A model generated the notes under the pieces. That model was not told the origin of the DNA and searched no databases. It saw only the letters and a program-made list of their open reading frames with translations. Positions 16,501 to 24,645 of a stretch of DNA of 36,975 nt are shown here, piece after piece. Each line of letters opens with the position of its first letter. Position 1 is the first letter of the stretch. Where the stretch lies: positions 1 to 36,975 of the IMG/VR virus record IMGVR_UViG_3300017913_000804; one strand, written 5' to 3'. A program made the translations under genes and the position numbers. This DNA comes from a virus (lineage: Duplodnaviria; Caudoviricetes).

Positions 16501-16817
16501 GTCAGGCATCGCTTGGCGAACTTCAACAGCAAGTGGGTCAGCGGGAGCAAGGCTTCTTGTTCGACCTTGGCAAACAGCAACAGGCTCAACAGCAAGCAAC
16601 TCTGGAAGCACAACGTCAGACAGAATTGCAGCAACTTTACGAGCCGTATCAACGTGTGGCGTTCCTGTCAGATATTTACAAAGGCGCTCCGTCGTCTCAG
16701 CAAAGTATTACTGGCACCACTGCACCAACAGTATCGCCAGCCCAGCAAATCTTGGGTCTGGGCATAGCCGGTCTGTCAGCCGCAAGCGGCGCAGCCAAAG
16801 CGGGGTTATTTGGATGA
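13557..16817 (+). CDS. G/A/Q-rich internal virion (DNA pilot/ejection-like) protein
   Basis: 1086 aa; central FMNAYE...GAGAFGGSR core, 11/18-aa GLSAEQLA repeats, C-terminal hydrophobic segment. Confidence 0.72.
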   Translation: MAEVTEQIVREAPKIEAYKIGLLQSAKRLANRGITIPRQMVAEMSGLQVTAADLAAAGVGGYQPYLTEAGYTLGDAQAAIGGAMADAIPFQTQAAEMMATGAANIPGQIEAAQTGIGGSIDYGAGAVDTATGAMGTAAQGARDIAGQAVAEQLRAYDAIPAQVLDAQANLGTAAGLGQQVAGRAALGGAGVGETLAGQLGTATEGARAFGAMGQGALESQQLAQQNLLQATDQARLQALYGQEGMRAAIPDLAQGLGAATTGAGQTAADVAAGARGAAQTAGTGTQAAIDAARANVQGAQAGLLAAGTTGLSAADQFGVGAADVTGAARGIAGTGAQALGAAGLSGADAASQAGLGARLGAAQTAADLGGTSAAARTAAQQAAAGGIGAYEAALAENQAGVQGARDVAGQAATGAQGVADLARTGGAGAYQSALAGSQQAVQGARGITADAATALQRAGALGTTSAQQGIAGLAGTTGAFDPSQISPFMNAYEDAAVQQALADVARAGQIQRQQLGAQAVGAGAFGGSRQAVAEQELSRNIMEQQGRTAAQMRQAGFESAAQRAQQAYEAQQARGQQAAQLTGALGSQGAQAGLQAAQAAGQLGLSAEQLAAAQAGQLGQLGMSAEQLAAQTGLSAEQLAAQYGLSAEQLAASQAGQMGQLGLSAFGQAGQQQMAAEQLASGNIAQAGQLGQAAEQLAGQLGISAAQLQGQLAGQAANLGMSAEQLAGQLLQQQAATGLSASQLLASTAQQSGQLGLSAEQLAAQTAQQQGQLGLSAEQLAGQYGMSAQQMAAQNAQALAAQQQQAALQGAQLGMSAEQLAQAGAGQLGQQGIQAAQVAGQLGLSGEQMAAANAQALAQTGMNIQQLAANTGMNAAQLAGQLAGQSGALGLQGEQARASIAAQAGQMGISAEQLAGQLGLQAGQLGQAQAGLGVQGQQAAGALGLQGQELLGRLGEGIGGLGTQYGQLGLAQGEALGTLGLRQASLGELQQQVGQREQGFLFDLGKQQQAQQQATLEAQRQTELQQLYEPYQRVAFLSDIYKGAPSSQQSITGTTAPTVSPAQQILGLGIAGLSAASGAAKAGLFG

Positions 16818-19663
16818 TGAATAGAGGCGTAATGGATCGACAAATGTTTGCCAATGGCGGACAGGTACGTCGTATGCAGGCGGGGGGTGATCCGATGATG
16901 GCACCTCCGGCTCCACAAGGTGGCATGGGTATGCCTCCGGCACCTTCCGCGGCAGGTCTTCCTGTTCCGCAGGATATGCCGATGGGTCAAGCAGCCATGG
17001 GGGCCATGCAGCAAGGCATAGACCCCGCGGTCCTCGAATCAATGCTACAGCAAGCAGCCGGGTCTTTCGGCAACTTGGATGCAGCCGCTGAAACCGAAGA
17101 TTACGAACAGGTAATCAACACGATCCGCGGCGACCAAGCACCCCTTCAAGAGCGTCGCCAAGAGCTTGCCGCAGTTGTGGGTAACGCAGACGCGGCACAG
17201 ACGCCAGATTCGGTTCTGACGCTGGTTCAGCCCATCATGCAGATTGCAGCGGTAGATCAAGGCATCGGAAGCATGGCTCCCGAAGCAATGGATACCCCAG
17301 TACAGGGGGATATGGCTGGCGGCATCATGTCGACGGTAGCAATGCCAGAAGAACAGCCGATGCCGGGTCCGGGAGGCCCCGCTCCAGTAAATTTTAATCA
17401 AGGCGGCGCGGTTCAGTACATGCAACCGGGCGGCGTCGCCATGCCTAACGCCCGTCAGCAAGAACTCTTCAACGAACAGCGGGCCCTCTACGGCCAGCTT
17501 TTTGATCCGGCGCAACGCGCAGCGGACCTTGAAGAGCAACGTAACCTCACCCAAGCGCAGATGCTTTTTGACATCGCGCAAGGTGGCCTTATGCTTGCTA
17601 CCCCGGGCGAGCGGAATGTAAGCCCTGTGTCGCGCTTTGCGGAAGCGTTTACGCCGGTTCTTGGTAACATCGGTGCGCGGGCTGGTGAGTTCGGCAAATT
17701 TAAACAAGCTCAAAAGGCCGAAGAACGCCAGCTTGATCTAGCGGCACTACAAGGCGCACAAAGCCTGTATAGCGCAGAACGGTCCGCGGAGCTTGCCGCT
17801 GGTGAAAAAGACATCGGCGACGTTTACGCTATTGCCGTGACTGAGGTTGGCGAAGACGGTCAGCCGGTAACCAGAAACCTCGGCCAACGGCCCTTGACGC
17901 GTAACCAATATAACGAGCTTATTGAAGAGTACGGCGCGGAAAACATCACAATTCGGGCAATTCCGACGACTTCAACAACGCCGCAGAAAGCCGTGAACAT
18001 CCGTACGCCGGATGGCAGCATACGGGCCGCGATCCCCGGTACTCAGGACTATATGGACCTCATTGCTGCGGGCGGTATCGCCACGGGCAATGTCAGTGCG
18101 ACGCCACAGAGCGCGGAGAACTTTGTTCTTGCCGACGGTAGTTATGTTGCTGCGGTTCCGGGTACACCTTTGTATGACCGCGTTTTGGCGAACGGTGGCT
18201 TGCGTTTGAGCGCAATGAGCGCCGATCAGTTGACCCGTATGGGTACAGACCGTGAGCAGGTAACACTGACGATGGATGTTACGATTGGTGACCGCATCTA
18301 TCGTGCAGGATCGTCTCCAAACTTGACCACGCAACAGCGTGATTACATTGCCAACCAGTTTGGTGCAGATGCCTACACGGCGTATACCGCACCGGTTAGC
18401 GACCGTGATTACTTCAACCGCTTTGGCATGACGGAAGAGCAGTTCAACGGTCTGGACGACACCCAGAAACAATACTTGCAGGGTCTTCCTGTCCTCACGG
18501 ACCGCGATTACTTCAACAAGTTTGGTATGGACCGCAACGCATTCGAAAGCTTGGGGCTGGAGGATCGTCAGGTTCTGCTTGGTATTGCTCCAGATTACCG
18601 CTTCGAAACGCTTCAAGGCGAAGACGGCAGCGTCACAATCGTTCGTATCAACGAGCGGACCGGCGAAAGCATGGATATTCTGGACCGGAACGTTACCGTT
18701 GCCCCGTCTTACTTCCGTGTCACCATGCCGGGCGCAGACGGCCAGCCTCTTCAACGCGTTGTGGACATCAAAACGCCTGAAGGACAAGCGGTTGTGGCGG
18801 ATGTTAATCGTCTTAACACGCAAGCTCCGGGTACGGCCACAATGTTCCGTCTTGGCACCGAAGACATCACGCCTCGCGGCTTCTATGTACCGGGCACCGA
18901 TGATTTTGAAAGCGGTGTTTACACCAGCTATGACGGCGGACGTACCTTTACTGACATGAACGGGACGCAACAAGCAATTCCGTCAAACGCGTTTGAGGTG
19001 TCTAACACCATTGCTTACGACGTTAACCGCAATGCTCGCATCACTGCGGGTGCGCAAGAACAGTTGGATGCAATGGAACAAGGCTTGGTCGACGGTATGA
19101 CCGATGCCGAAGGCAACCCATTGAGCCGTGAAACACGGGCCAGCGTCCGCGACGCCCTACGTCAAGCACGTTTGGGTACTGGTTTGTGGTCCAATATTTA
19201 CGCCGGTATCGACGGTCTTCTCGGTGGTACGCTTGCTCCAGAGTATTTCAGCGAATTGTTCCGCGATACTCAGGATGCGCGTCAATTCGTCGAGATGGTC
19301 CGCGTATTTGGTCGTTCGGCTCTGGCCGCATCGCCTCGTTTTGCGGTCGCAGATTTGGAAACAACCGGACAGTTGTTCCCAGACGAACGCTCGTTCTTCC
19401 GCAACCCTGTTTCGGAAGCTCGCAAACTCATTCGTTTGGCAGAAGAGCTGCGCACTGAGAAAGCCCGCATTCTTACGCTTCGTGCGAGCGGTACGCCTAT
19501 CGACAGTGCGCTTAATAGCACTCTTAGCCAGAAATTGTTTGAAATCGAACGCTTGGAAGGTCTGCTGGGCCCAATCCTGACGCTGTCCAATACTGCCAAG
19601 GCGGCAGATTTGGAAAGAGCGCAGGGCATCATGAACCGAGCGACGGGACAGGGGAACGAATAG
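16814..19663 (+). CDS. Large internal virion protein
   Basis: 949 aa in the ejection cluster; ATGA overlap; internal duplications. Confidence 0.65.
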   Translation: MMNRGVMDRQMFANGGQVRRMQAGGDPMMAPPAPQGGMGMPPAPSAAGLPVPQDMPMGQAAMGAMQQGIDPAVLESMLQQAAGSFGNLDAAAETEDYEQVINTIRGDQAPLQERRQELAAVVGNADAAQTPDSVLTLVQPIMQIAAVDQGIGSMAPEAMDTPVQGDMAGGIMSTVAMPEEQPMPGPGGPAPVNFNQGGAVQYMQPGGVAMPNARQQELFNEQRALYGQLFDPAQRAADLEEQRNLTQAQMLFDIAQGGLMLATPGERNVSPVSRFAEAFTPVLGNIGARAGEFGKFKQAQKAEERQLDLAALQGAQSLYSAERSAELAAGEKDIGDVYAIAVTEVGEDGQPVTRNLGQRPLTRNQYNELIEEYGAENITIRAIPTTSTTPQKAVNIRTPDGSIRAAIPGTQDYMDLIAAGGIATGNVSATPQSAENFVLADGSYVAAVPGTPLYDRVLANGGLRLSAMSADQLTRMGTDREQVTLTMDVTIGDRIYRAGSSPNLTTQQRDYIANQFGADAYTAYTAPVSDRDYFNRFGMTEEQFNGLDDTQKQYLQGLPVLTDRDYFNKFGMDRNAFESLGLEDRQVLLGIAPDYRFETLQGEDGSVTIVRINERTGESMDILDRNVTVAPSYFRVTMPGADGQPLQRVVDIKTPEGQAVVADVNRLNTQAPGTATMFRLGTEDITPRGFYVPGTDDFESGVYTSYDGGRTFTDMNGTQQAIPSNAFEVSNTIAYDVNRNARITAGAQEQLDAMEQGLVDGMTDAEGNPLSRETRASVRDALRQARLGTGLWSNIYAGIDGLLGGTLAPEYFSELFRDTQDARQFVEMVRVFGRSALAASPRFAVADLETTGQLFPDERSFFRNPVSEARKLIRLAEELRTEKARILTLRASGTPIDSALNSTLSQKLFEIERLEGLLGPILTLSNTAKAADLERAQGIMNRATGQGNE

Positions 19664-22600
19664 ATGGCTGATGAAAACACTCCAGACACTACAACAACTC
19701 CTACTCCTACTCCAGCTCCAGCTCCAGCTCCAGCTCCAGCTCCCGCCGAAGGCTCGTTCATCCCACGAGCAACCTTCGGGAAGGATGAGTTTGACGAATT
19801 GGTTGAAATTTTTCGAGAAGAGTCTGAAGACGATCCCGATAAAGATGTTGTTTCCAGCTTCGCTCAAATGCTCACGAATACGTTATCCCGTGATCCGCGT
19901 ATCCAAGATCGCGGCCCGAACTACTTGAATTATAATGCTTTGCGCACCGGTGAAGCGGGTGTTTTGCGTGACCTGCAAATACAGCAAGGCCGTGGAGTTA
20001 CCGATGCTCAAATCATCTCCTTGTTTGCACGTGACGCCGAAGGGCGTCCAATCCAAGAAGGGGGCCTTTTCTGGGAAGGTTTTGCACGTGAAGCCGTTCC
20101 TGCCGCAGGCGCAGCCGGTGGTTTTTACGGTGGTATGCAAGCCGGTAACGTTGCCGTTGCTGGTGTTCCGCCAGTTACGATACCTACCGCCGCAGTTCGC
20201 TTTGGTGTTCCGCTCCTAGGTGGTATCGGTGGCGCGATTTTTGGTGACTGGGTAACCCGTACAGCTCAAGAATCGTTAATTGGTCCAGAACCTACGTTTG
20301 TACCCGGCACTGCCGCCGCATTTGAAGCCGGTAAATCGATAATGGGCGCTTTGGCGTTCCTGCCGATGCCTTTCCTTATTGGAAGCAAAGTTAACCTCGG
20401 CGCACGGGCCGTGTTAGACAATCTGGCAGCCGATGCTCTCGCACCGCGGCCCACACGTCTTGTCCGCGGCATTGAAAGGAGCCTTGAGCGCACAGGTGCC
20501 GCGGCCCGCAAAACTCCTATTCGAACAGGTTTGGTCGAACTCGGTGCAGTGGCGGGTACGGGGGCCGCAGCATACGGCGCAGAACAAATTGCACCGGGCG
20601 ATCCTTGGGTTCGGTTTGGCGCAGAAATGGTCGGCGGTATCGGCGGCGGCTTGGTTGGAGATGCGGCTCTTAAGCGCGTCCCACAAACACTTGGTTTGGC
20701 ATACGACGGTATTGTGCGCATGTTGCGTCGCTTTAAAGCGGACAACGCAGCAAATGCCCGCGGGGCTTTGACCGATGCGCAGGAGTCTGAGGCAGCGAAT
20801 TACTTGCTGACGCAGCTTGAAGCAAACGGTGAAAACCCACAAGCCGTTATCGATCTGTTGAACTCGGATGAGTTTTCTCGCTTCTTGACCGATGAGCAGG
20901 GCAATCCAATTAAGCTGAGTGCCGCCGAGTTGACGGGCAGCCCAACCCTCCTGCGTTTGCAGATGGAGCGCGGCACACAAGGCGGAACAGGGGCGGGTCA
21001 ATCTAACCAAGAAAAAGCTGTTGATGCGCTGCGTCGCGGCATTCTGTTTATGTACGCCAATGGCGACCGCGAGGCTTTAGGCCAGTTGGCCGAAGTCCAA
21101 ACGTCTCTTTGGGACGCCGAATTGACCGGTCGTTTGCAGGCCGCAACTAAACGTCTGCAAGAAAACATGGAGGCGGTCGGTCGCGATACCAACAACCTCG
21201 ACGACGCAAAACTCCTTATCAAAGTTCTGAGTTTCCAACGACAAGCAATGCGAAAACGAGAACGTTCTTTGTGGAAAGAAATTCCACGAAATATTGAAAT
21301 CAACGATTTTATAGATGAAACCGGCAACCCGACAGACACGCCGAACTTCATTCGCGTCTGGGAAGACCTCATGCCAGATGAGGTTACGCCCGAAGGGCAA
21401 AACCCTATTTTACGAATTAATGAACTTCGGGATTTGAACGATTTTGTTAATCGCAAGGGGGGTGAACTTGGCCTTCCCGGCTATAGCACGGATGGTGACG
21501 CACCGGCTCTACCAGAACAACGCCGTTTCGATGCGGCGTTCCTGAAAATTGACGGCACCACATACAGTGATCAGTTCCAGAAATTATCCGAAGAGCTGGC
21601 CGATATGCCCACCGAAGACGCGGTACGTCGTCTTCGTCAAGAGGCTGGATCAAAACGCGGACGTTTTTCTACCCCTCGTACCCGAGATTATGCCAACGCT
21701 TTGGACCGGCAAGCTGAGTTGCTGATTGCCCAAGCACAGCAGCCTGCAATGGACGGCACACCTGCTCCTACCGGGAGCTTAAGCGTTACCGAACTCGTGA
21801 CGATGCGAAATACTGCGTTGACCGCGGGCCGTGAACTTGCTTCACAGGGTCGCTCCGAAAAAGCTAGGATGGCGTATGAGTTTGCGGAGGCACTTCTCGC
21901 GGACCTTGAGTCTTTCCCCGCAGGTGCGAACCAAGCTTACGACACCGCTCGTGCTTACAGCCGTGCATACAACGACGTGTGGACCCGTGCGTATGGTGGG
22001 GAAATACTGGGACGCCGCAAAACCGGGGCTCCCAAAATTTCGCCCGAAACGTTGTCGATGAGTGTTTTCAACGGGGATGCTGCGTACCTTCGTGCAAGCG
22101 AACTAGATCGGATTAGCCAAGCACAGTTTGGCCAGTCCTTAACCACCCTGTTGGGCGAAAGTGATCGTCCCGCGGGCCGCGCTTTGTTGCAATCGGCTAA
22201 CGACGCCGGGGTTATTGACCCCGATACGAACATGATTAACCGGCAAGTTTTTGACCGGTGGTTTGATGAAAATCAGGCTGAAATCGACGCTATCCCGGGC
22301 CTCCGTGAAAGCTTGACGCAGATGATTACGGCGAATGCCAACATTCGGGGTCCGGTGGAAATGCTGGTGCGTTCTGCACGGGCCGCGGCCATCGACCCTG
22401 AGAGCAAAACGCTTAATGTCGACGATTTGCGCAAATGGATGGCTCGTCCAAACAATGCTCGTTTGTTGAACGCGCTTCCGGCCCTAAAGTCGGACTTGGA
22501 AAACATCCAAACCGCACGTCAGCTTTTGACAAACACGACTCGCGAGACGTCGGAACAAGCGACTGCGCGCCGTCGCGGGGTTTTGAGCCTATATGAATTG

Positions 22601-23692
22601 CTGCCGGATAAGACAATGAACCCTGCCACGCAGGTGTCTCGTGCTATCTCGCTGACGAACGCTCGGCCCTTCCGAGAGCTTAACGACCTTTGGTCTTATG
22701 TCGACAACATGGGTGACGAAGGATTCTCGGTCATCAGCGGGCCTTTGGAGGGCCAGACTTTCAGCAAACAAGAGCTGGTGAACGGTTTCCGGCGTTCGAT
22801 CATGGACAGCGTATTTAACCGCGCGGGCGAAAACGGTCTGATTTTCGACATCGAAAACGCATACCGCACCTTGTTTGAACCTCATCCCAACTCACCAAAC
22901 AACGTAGTTTTGGCGGACTGGATGGTCGAACGCGGTGTTATGAGTAAGGGCGACATTGCCCGTACCCGTCGTCTGCTTGGTCGCATGGCACAAATTCAAG
23001 CCTTCTCTGCTCGTGCAAAACCGGGCGACATCGAAGAGTTTGCAAAGCAGGTTGGCCCGCTATTTAATCTGGCAACCCGTCTTTCCGGTTCGGAATTGGG
23101 TGCCTCGATTCAGAGCAAGGTGTCTGGCAGCACACAAAGCCTTATCGCCCGTAGTGCCGGTTCACAGTTCGCGCAGCAAGTTGTAAACCAGTATATGGTT
23201 GAGCTACCAGCTTCGCTGCGTACGGACGTCATTATGACGATTGTCGATGACCCGCAGTACCTAGCTGAGTTGCTACAGCGCGGTGTAAGCGAAGCGGAGC
23301 GGACCCGTATCGGAAAAGCTCTGGTACAAGGCTTGATCGACAACGGCTTAATGAGTTCGATCCGTCGTACCGTTCCAGCAATCCAAAATTTGAACGAGCA
23401 GGAAGCGCCCGGTTCCGGTGCGCCGCCTGAACGCGCACCAGCGCCCGTGGCTCCCGTGCCTGCTCCTGCACCAGTTGTACCTGCGCCTAACCAGCAAGGG
23501 TCACTTGTTCCGCCTGCCCAACTTCCCACTCAGGGCGGCGGAGCTGCACCTAGTCCCGTTCAACAGGCTTCCGCGGCCCCACAACGGCCACCCATCCAGT
23601 CTTCGGGACCGGTGGATCGGACTAGGTTTGCAGCTTTATTCCCAGAGGATCGCGAACTTCTCGGTATTGGTAGCTTGATGGGGCCACGCTAA
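19664..23692 (+). CDS. Very large internal virion / ejection protein
   Basis: 1342 aa, helical, G/A hydrophobic segments near the N-terminus, Pro-rich linkers at both ends; position typical of T7 gp16 / P22 gp16 analogues. Confidence 0.68.
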   Translation: MADENTPDTTTTPTPTPAPAPAPAPAPAEGSFIPRATFGKDEFDELVEIFREESEDDPDKDVVSSFAQMLTNTLSRDPRIQDRGPNYLNYNALRTGEAGVLRDLQIQQGRGVTDAQIISLFARDAEGRPIQEGGLFWEGFAREAVPAAGAAGGFYGGMQAGNVAVAGVPPVTIPTAAVRFGVPLLGGIGGAIFGDWVTRTAQESLIGPEPTFVPGTAAAFEAGKSIMGALAFLPMPFLIGSKVNLGARAVLDNLAADALAPRPTRLVRGIERSLERTGAAARKTPIRTGLVELGAVAGTGAAAYGAEQIAPGDPWVRFGAEMVGGIGGGLVGDAALKRVPQTLGLAYDGIVRMLRRFKADNAANARGALTDAQESEAANYLLTQLEANGENPQAVIDLLNSDEFSRFLTDEQGNPIKLSAAELTGSPTLLRLQMERGTQGGTGAGQSNQEKAVDALRRGILFMYANGDREALGQLAEVQTSLWDAELTGRLQAATKRLQENMEAVGRDTNNLDDAKLLIKVLSFQRQAMRKRERSLWKEIPRNIEINDFIDETGNPTDTPNFIRVWEDLMPDEVTPEGQNPILRINELRDLNDFVNRKGGELGLPGYSTDGDAPALPEQRRFDAAFLKIDGTTYSDQFQKLSEELADMPTEDAVRRLRQEAGSKRGRFSTPRTRDYANALDRQAELLIAQAQQPAMDGTPAPTGSLSVTELVTMRNTALTAGRELASQGRSEKARMAYEFAEALLADLESFPAGANQAYDTARAYSRAYNDVWTRAYGGEILGRRKTGAPKISPETLSMSVFNGDAAYLRASELDRISQAQFGQSLTTLLGESDRPAGRALLQSANDAGVIDPDTNMINRQVFDRWFDENQAEIDAIPGLRESLTQMITANANIRGPVEMLVRSARAAAIDPESKTLNVDDLRKWMARPNNARLLNALPALKSDLENIQTARQLLTNTTRETSEQATARRRGVLSLYELLPDKTMNPATQVSRAISLTNARPFRELNDLWSYVDNMGDEGFSVISGPLEGQTFSKQELVNGFRRSIMDSVFNRAGENGLIFDIENAYRTLFEPHPNSPNNVVLADWMVERGVMSKGDIARTRRLLGRMAQIQAFSARAKPGDIEEFAKQVGPLFNLATRLSGSELGASIQSKVSGSTQSLIARSAGSQFAQQVVNQYMVELPASLRTDVIMTIVDDPQYLAELLQRGVSEAERTRIGKALVQGLIDNGLMSSIRRTVPAIQNLNEQEAPGSGAPPERAPAPVAPVPAPAPVVPAPNQQGSLVPPAQLPTQGGGAAPSPVQQASAAPQRPPIQSSGPVDRTRFAALFPEDRELLGIGSLMGPR

Positions 23693-24645
23693 TGAGCATT
23701 CTTCAATACGCCACCCCGGAAGCTCGCTACTACCAGTATAACCGGGACACCTTTGGGTCTAACCCAGAAGTAAGTTTAGCAGGCACGTCTGGTTTTAGAT
23801 CGACTGCCACGGGTTTTGCCGAAGGTGGCGTGGCCGGTTTATTCCGGAATTACGCACAAGGCGGAGCGGTAACGCCGATCCCGCCTGAAGATTTGGAAGA
23901 AATGCGCCAAAAGGTGATTAACGATTACGGGTTTGACCCTATCGACATCGCCACGGAAGAGGGCGTAGACCCGGACCTGTATTTGCGCGTCATGTGGACC
24001 GAAAACAAAGGCCGTCAAGGCCCTGTCAGTGAAGCTGGCGCTATCGGTCTGATGCAGCTTATGCCCGGAACGGCGCGGGAGCTGGGTGTAGACCCAAACA
24101 ATCCCGTTGAGAATGCTCGTGGTGGCGCACGTTACTTGCGCCAACAGCTCGACGCGTTCCAATCAGTGCCCTTGGCCCTCGCAGCTTATAACGCAGGCCC
24201 CGGAAACGTGAACAAATACGGCGGTGTGCCTCCCTTTGAGGAAACCCGCAATTACGTCGCGCAAATCTATGGTGTGGACACAGGCGAAATCCTACCGGCC
24301 ATGAACGAGTTTTACATACGAGCTCCCGGCGAAGCCCCGTCCAGACGTCCCCAACCACGGCCCGAGGGCCTTGGGACACCCGGTTATGTGCCTCCAGCAC
24401 CTGTGCAGAGCGAATATCTTACAACGGGGGTGGGTTCGGTGTTCTCGCAGCCTACGCAGGAGCCAGACTTTGGCAAAACGCGCCGCATGATCCCAAATAT
24501 CATGCAGCAAGCGCCGCAGCCTGAAGAAGAGCCGCAGCCTGAAGAAGAGGCTCGCGGCATAGAGTTTTATCGCCAGTATGCCGCGTTTGCGCCTCCCCAA
24601 GAGAATCAGCGCAACCAGTCTTTAGCGTCTTCGCCAAGCACCTGA
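23692..24645 (+). CDS. Lytic transglycosylase (SLT family), probably virion-associated
   Basis: Catalytic Glu in VMWTEN, GAIGLMQLMPGTA, ALAAYNAGPG, PPFEETRNYV. Confidence 0.92.
   Translation: MSILQYATPEARYYQYNRDTFGSNPEVSLAGTSGFRSTATGFAEGGVAGLFRNYAQGGAVTPIPPEDLEEMRQKVINDYGFDPIDIATEEGVDPDLYLRVMWTENKGRQGPVSEAGAIGLMQLMPGTARELGVDPNNPVENARGGARYLRQQLDAFQSVPLALAAYNAGPGNVNKYGGVPPFEETRNYVAQIYGVDTGEILPAMNEFYIRAPGEAPSRRPQPRPEGLGTPGYVPPAPVQSEYLTTGVGSVFSQPTQEPDFGKTRRMIPNIMQQAPQPEEEPQPEEEARGIEFYRQYAAFAPPQENQRNQSLASSPST

Noticed and set aside
17972-18973. Long minus-strand ORFs (this 333-aa one and others such as 5759..6538 and 32566..33309)
   Set aside because: Antisense shadows of well-supported plus-strand genes with no recognisable motifs.
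19697-19748. ACTCCT/GCTCCA hexamer microsatellite
   Set aside because: Encodes an ordinary in-frame TP/AP linker; unit length is a multiple of 3, so no phase variation.
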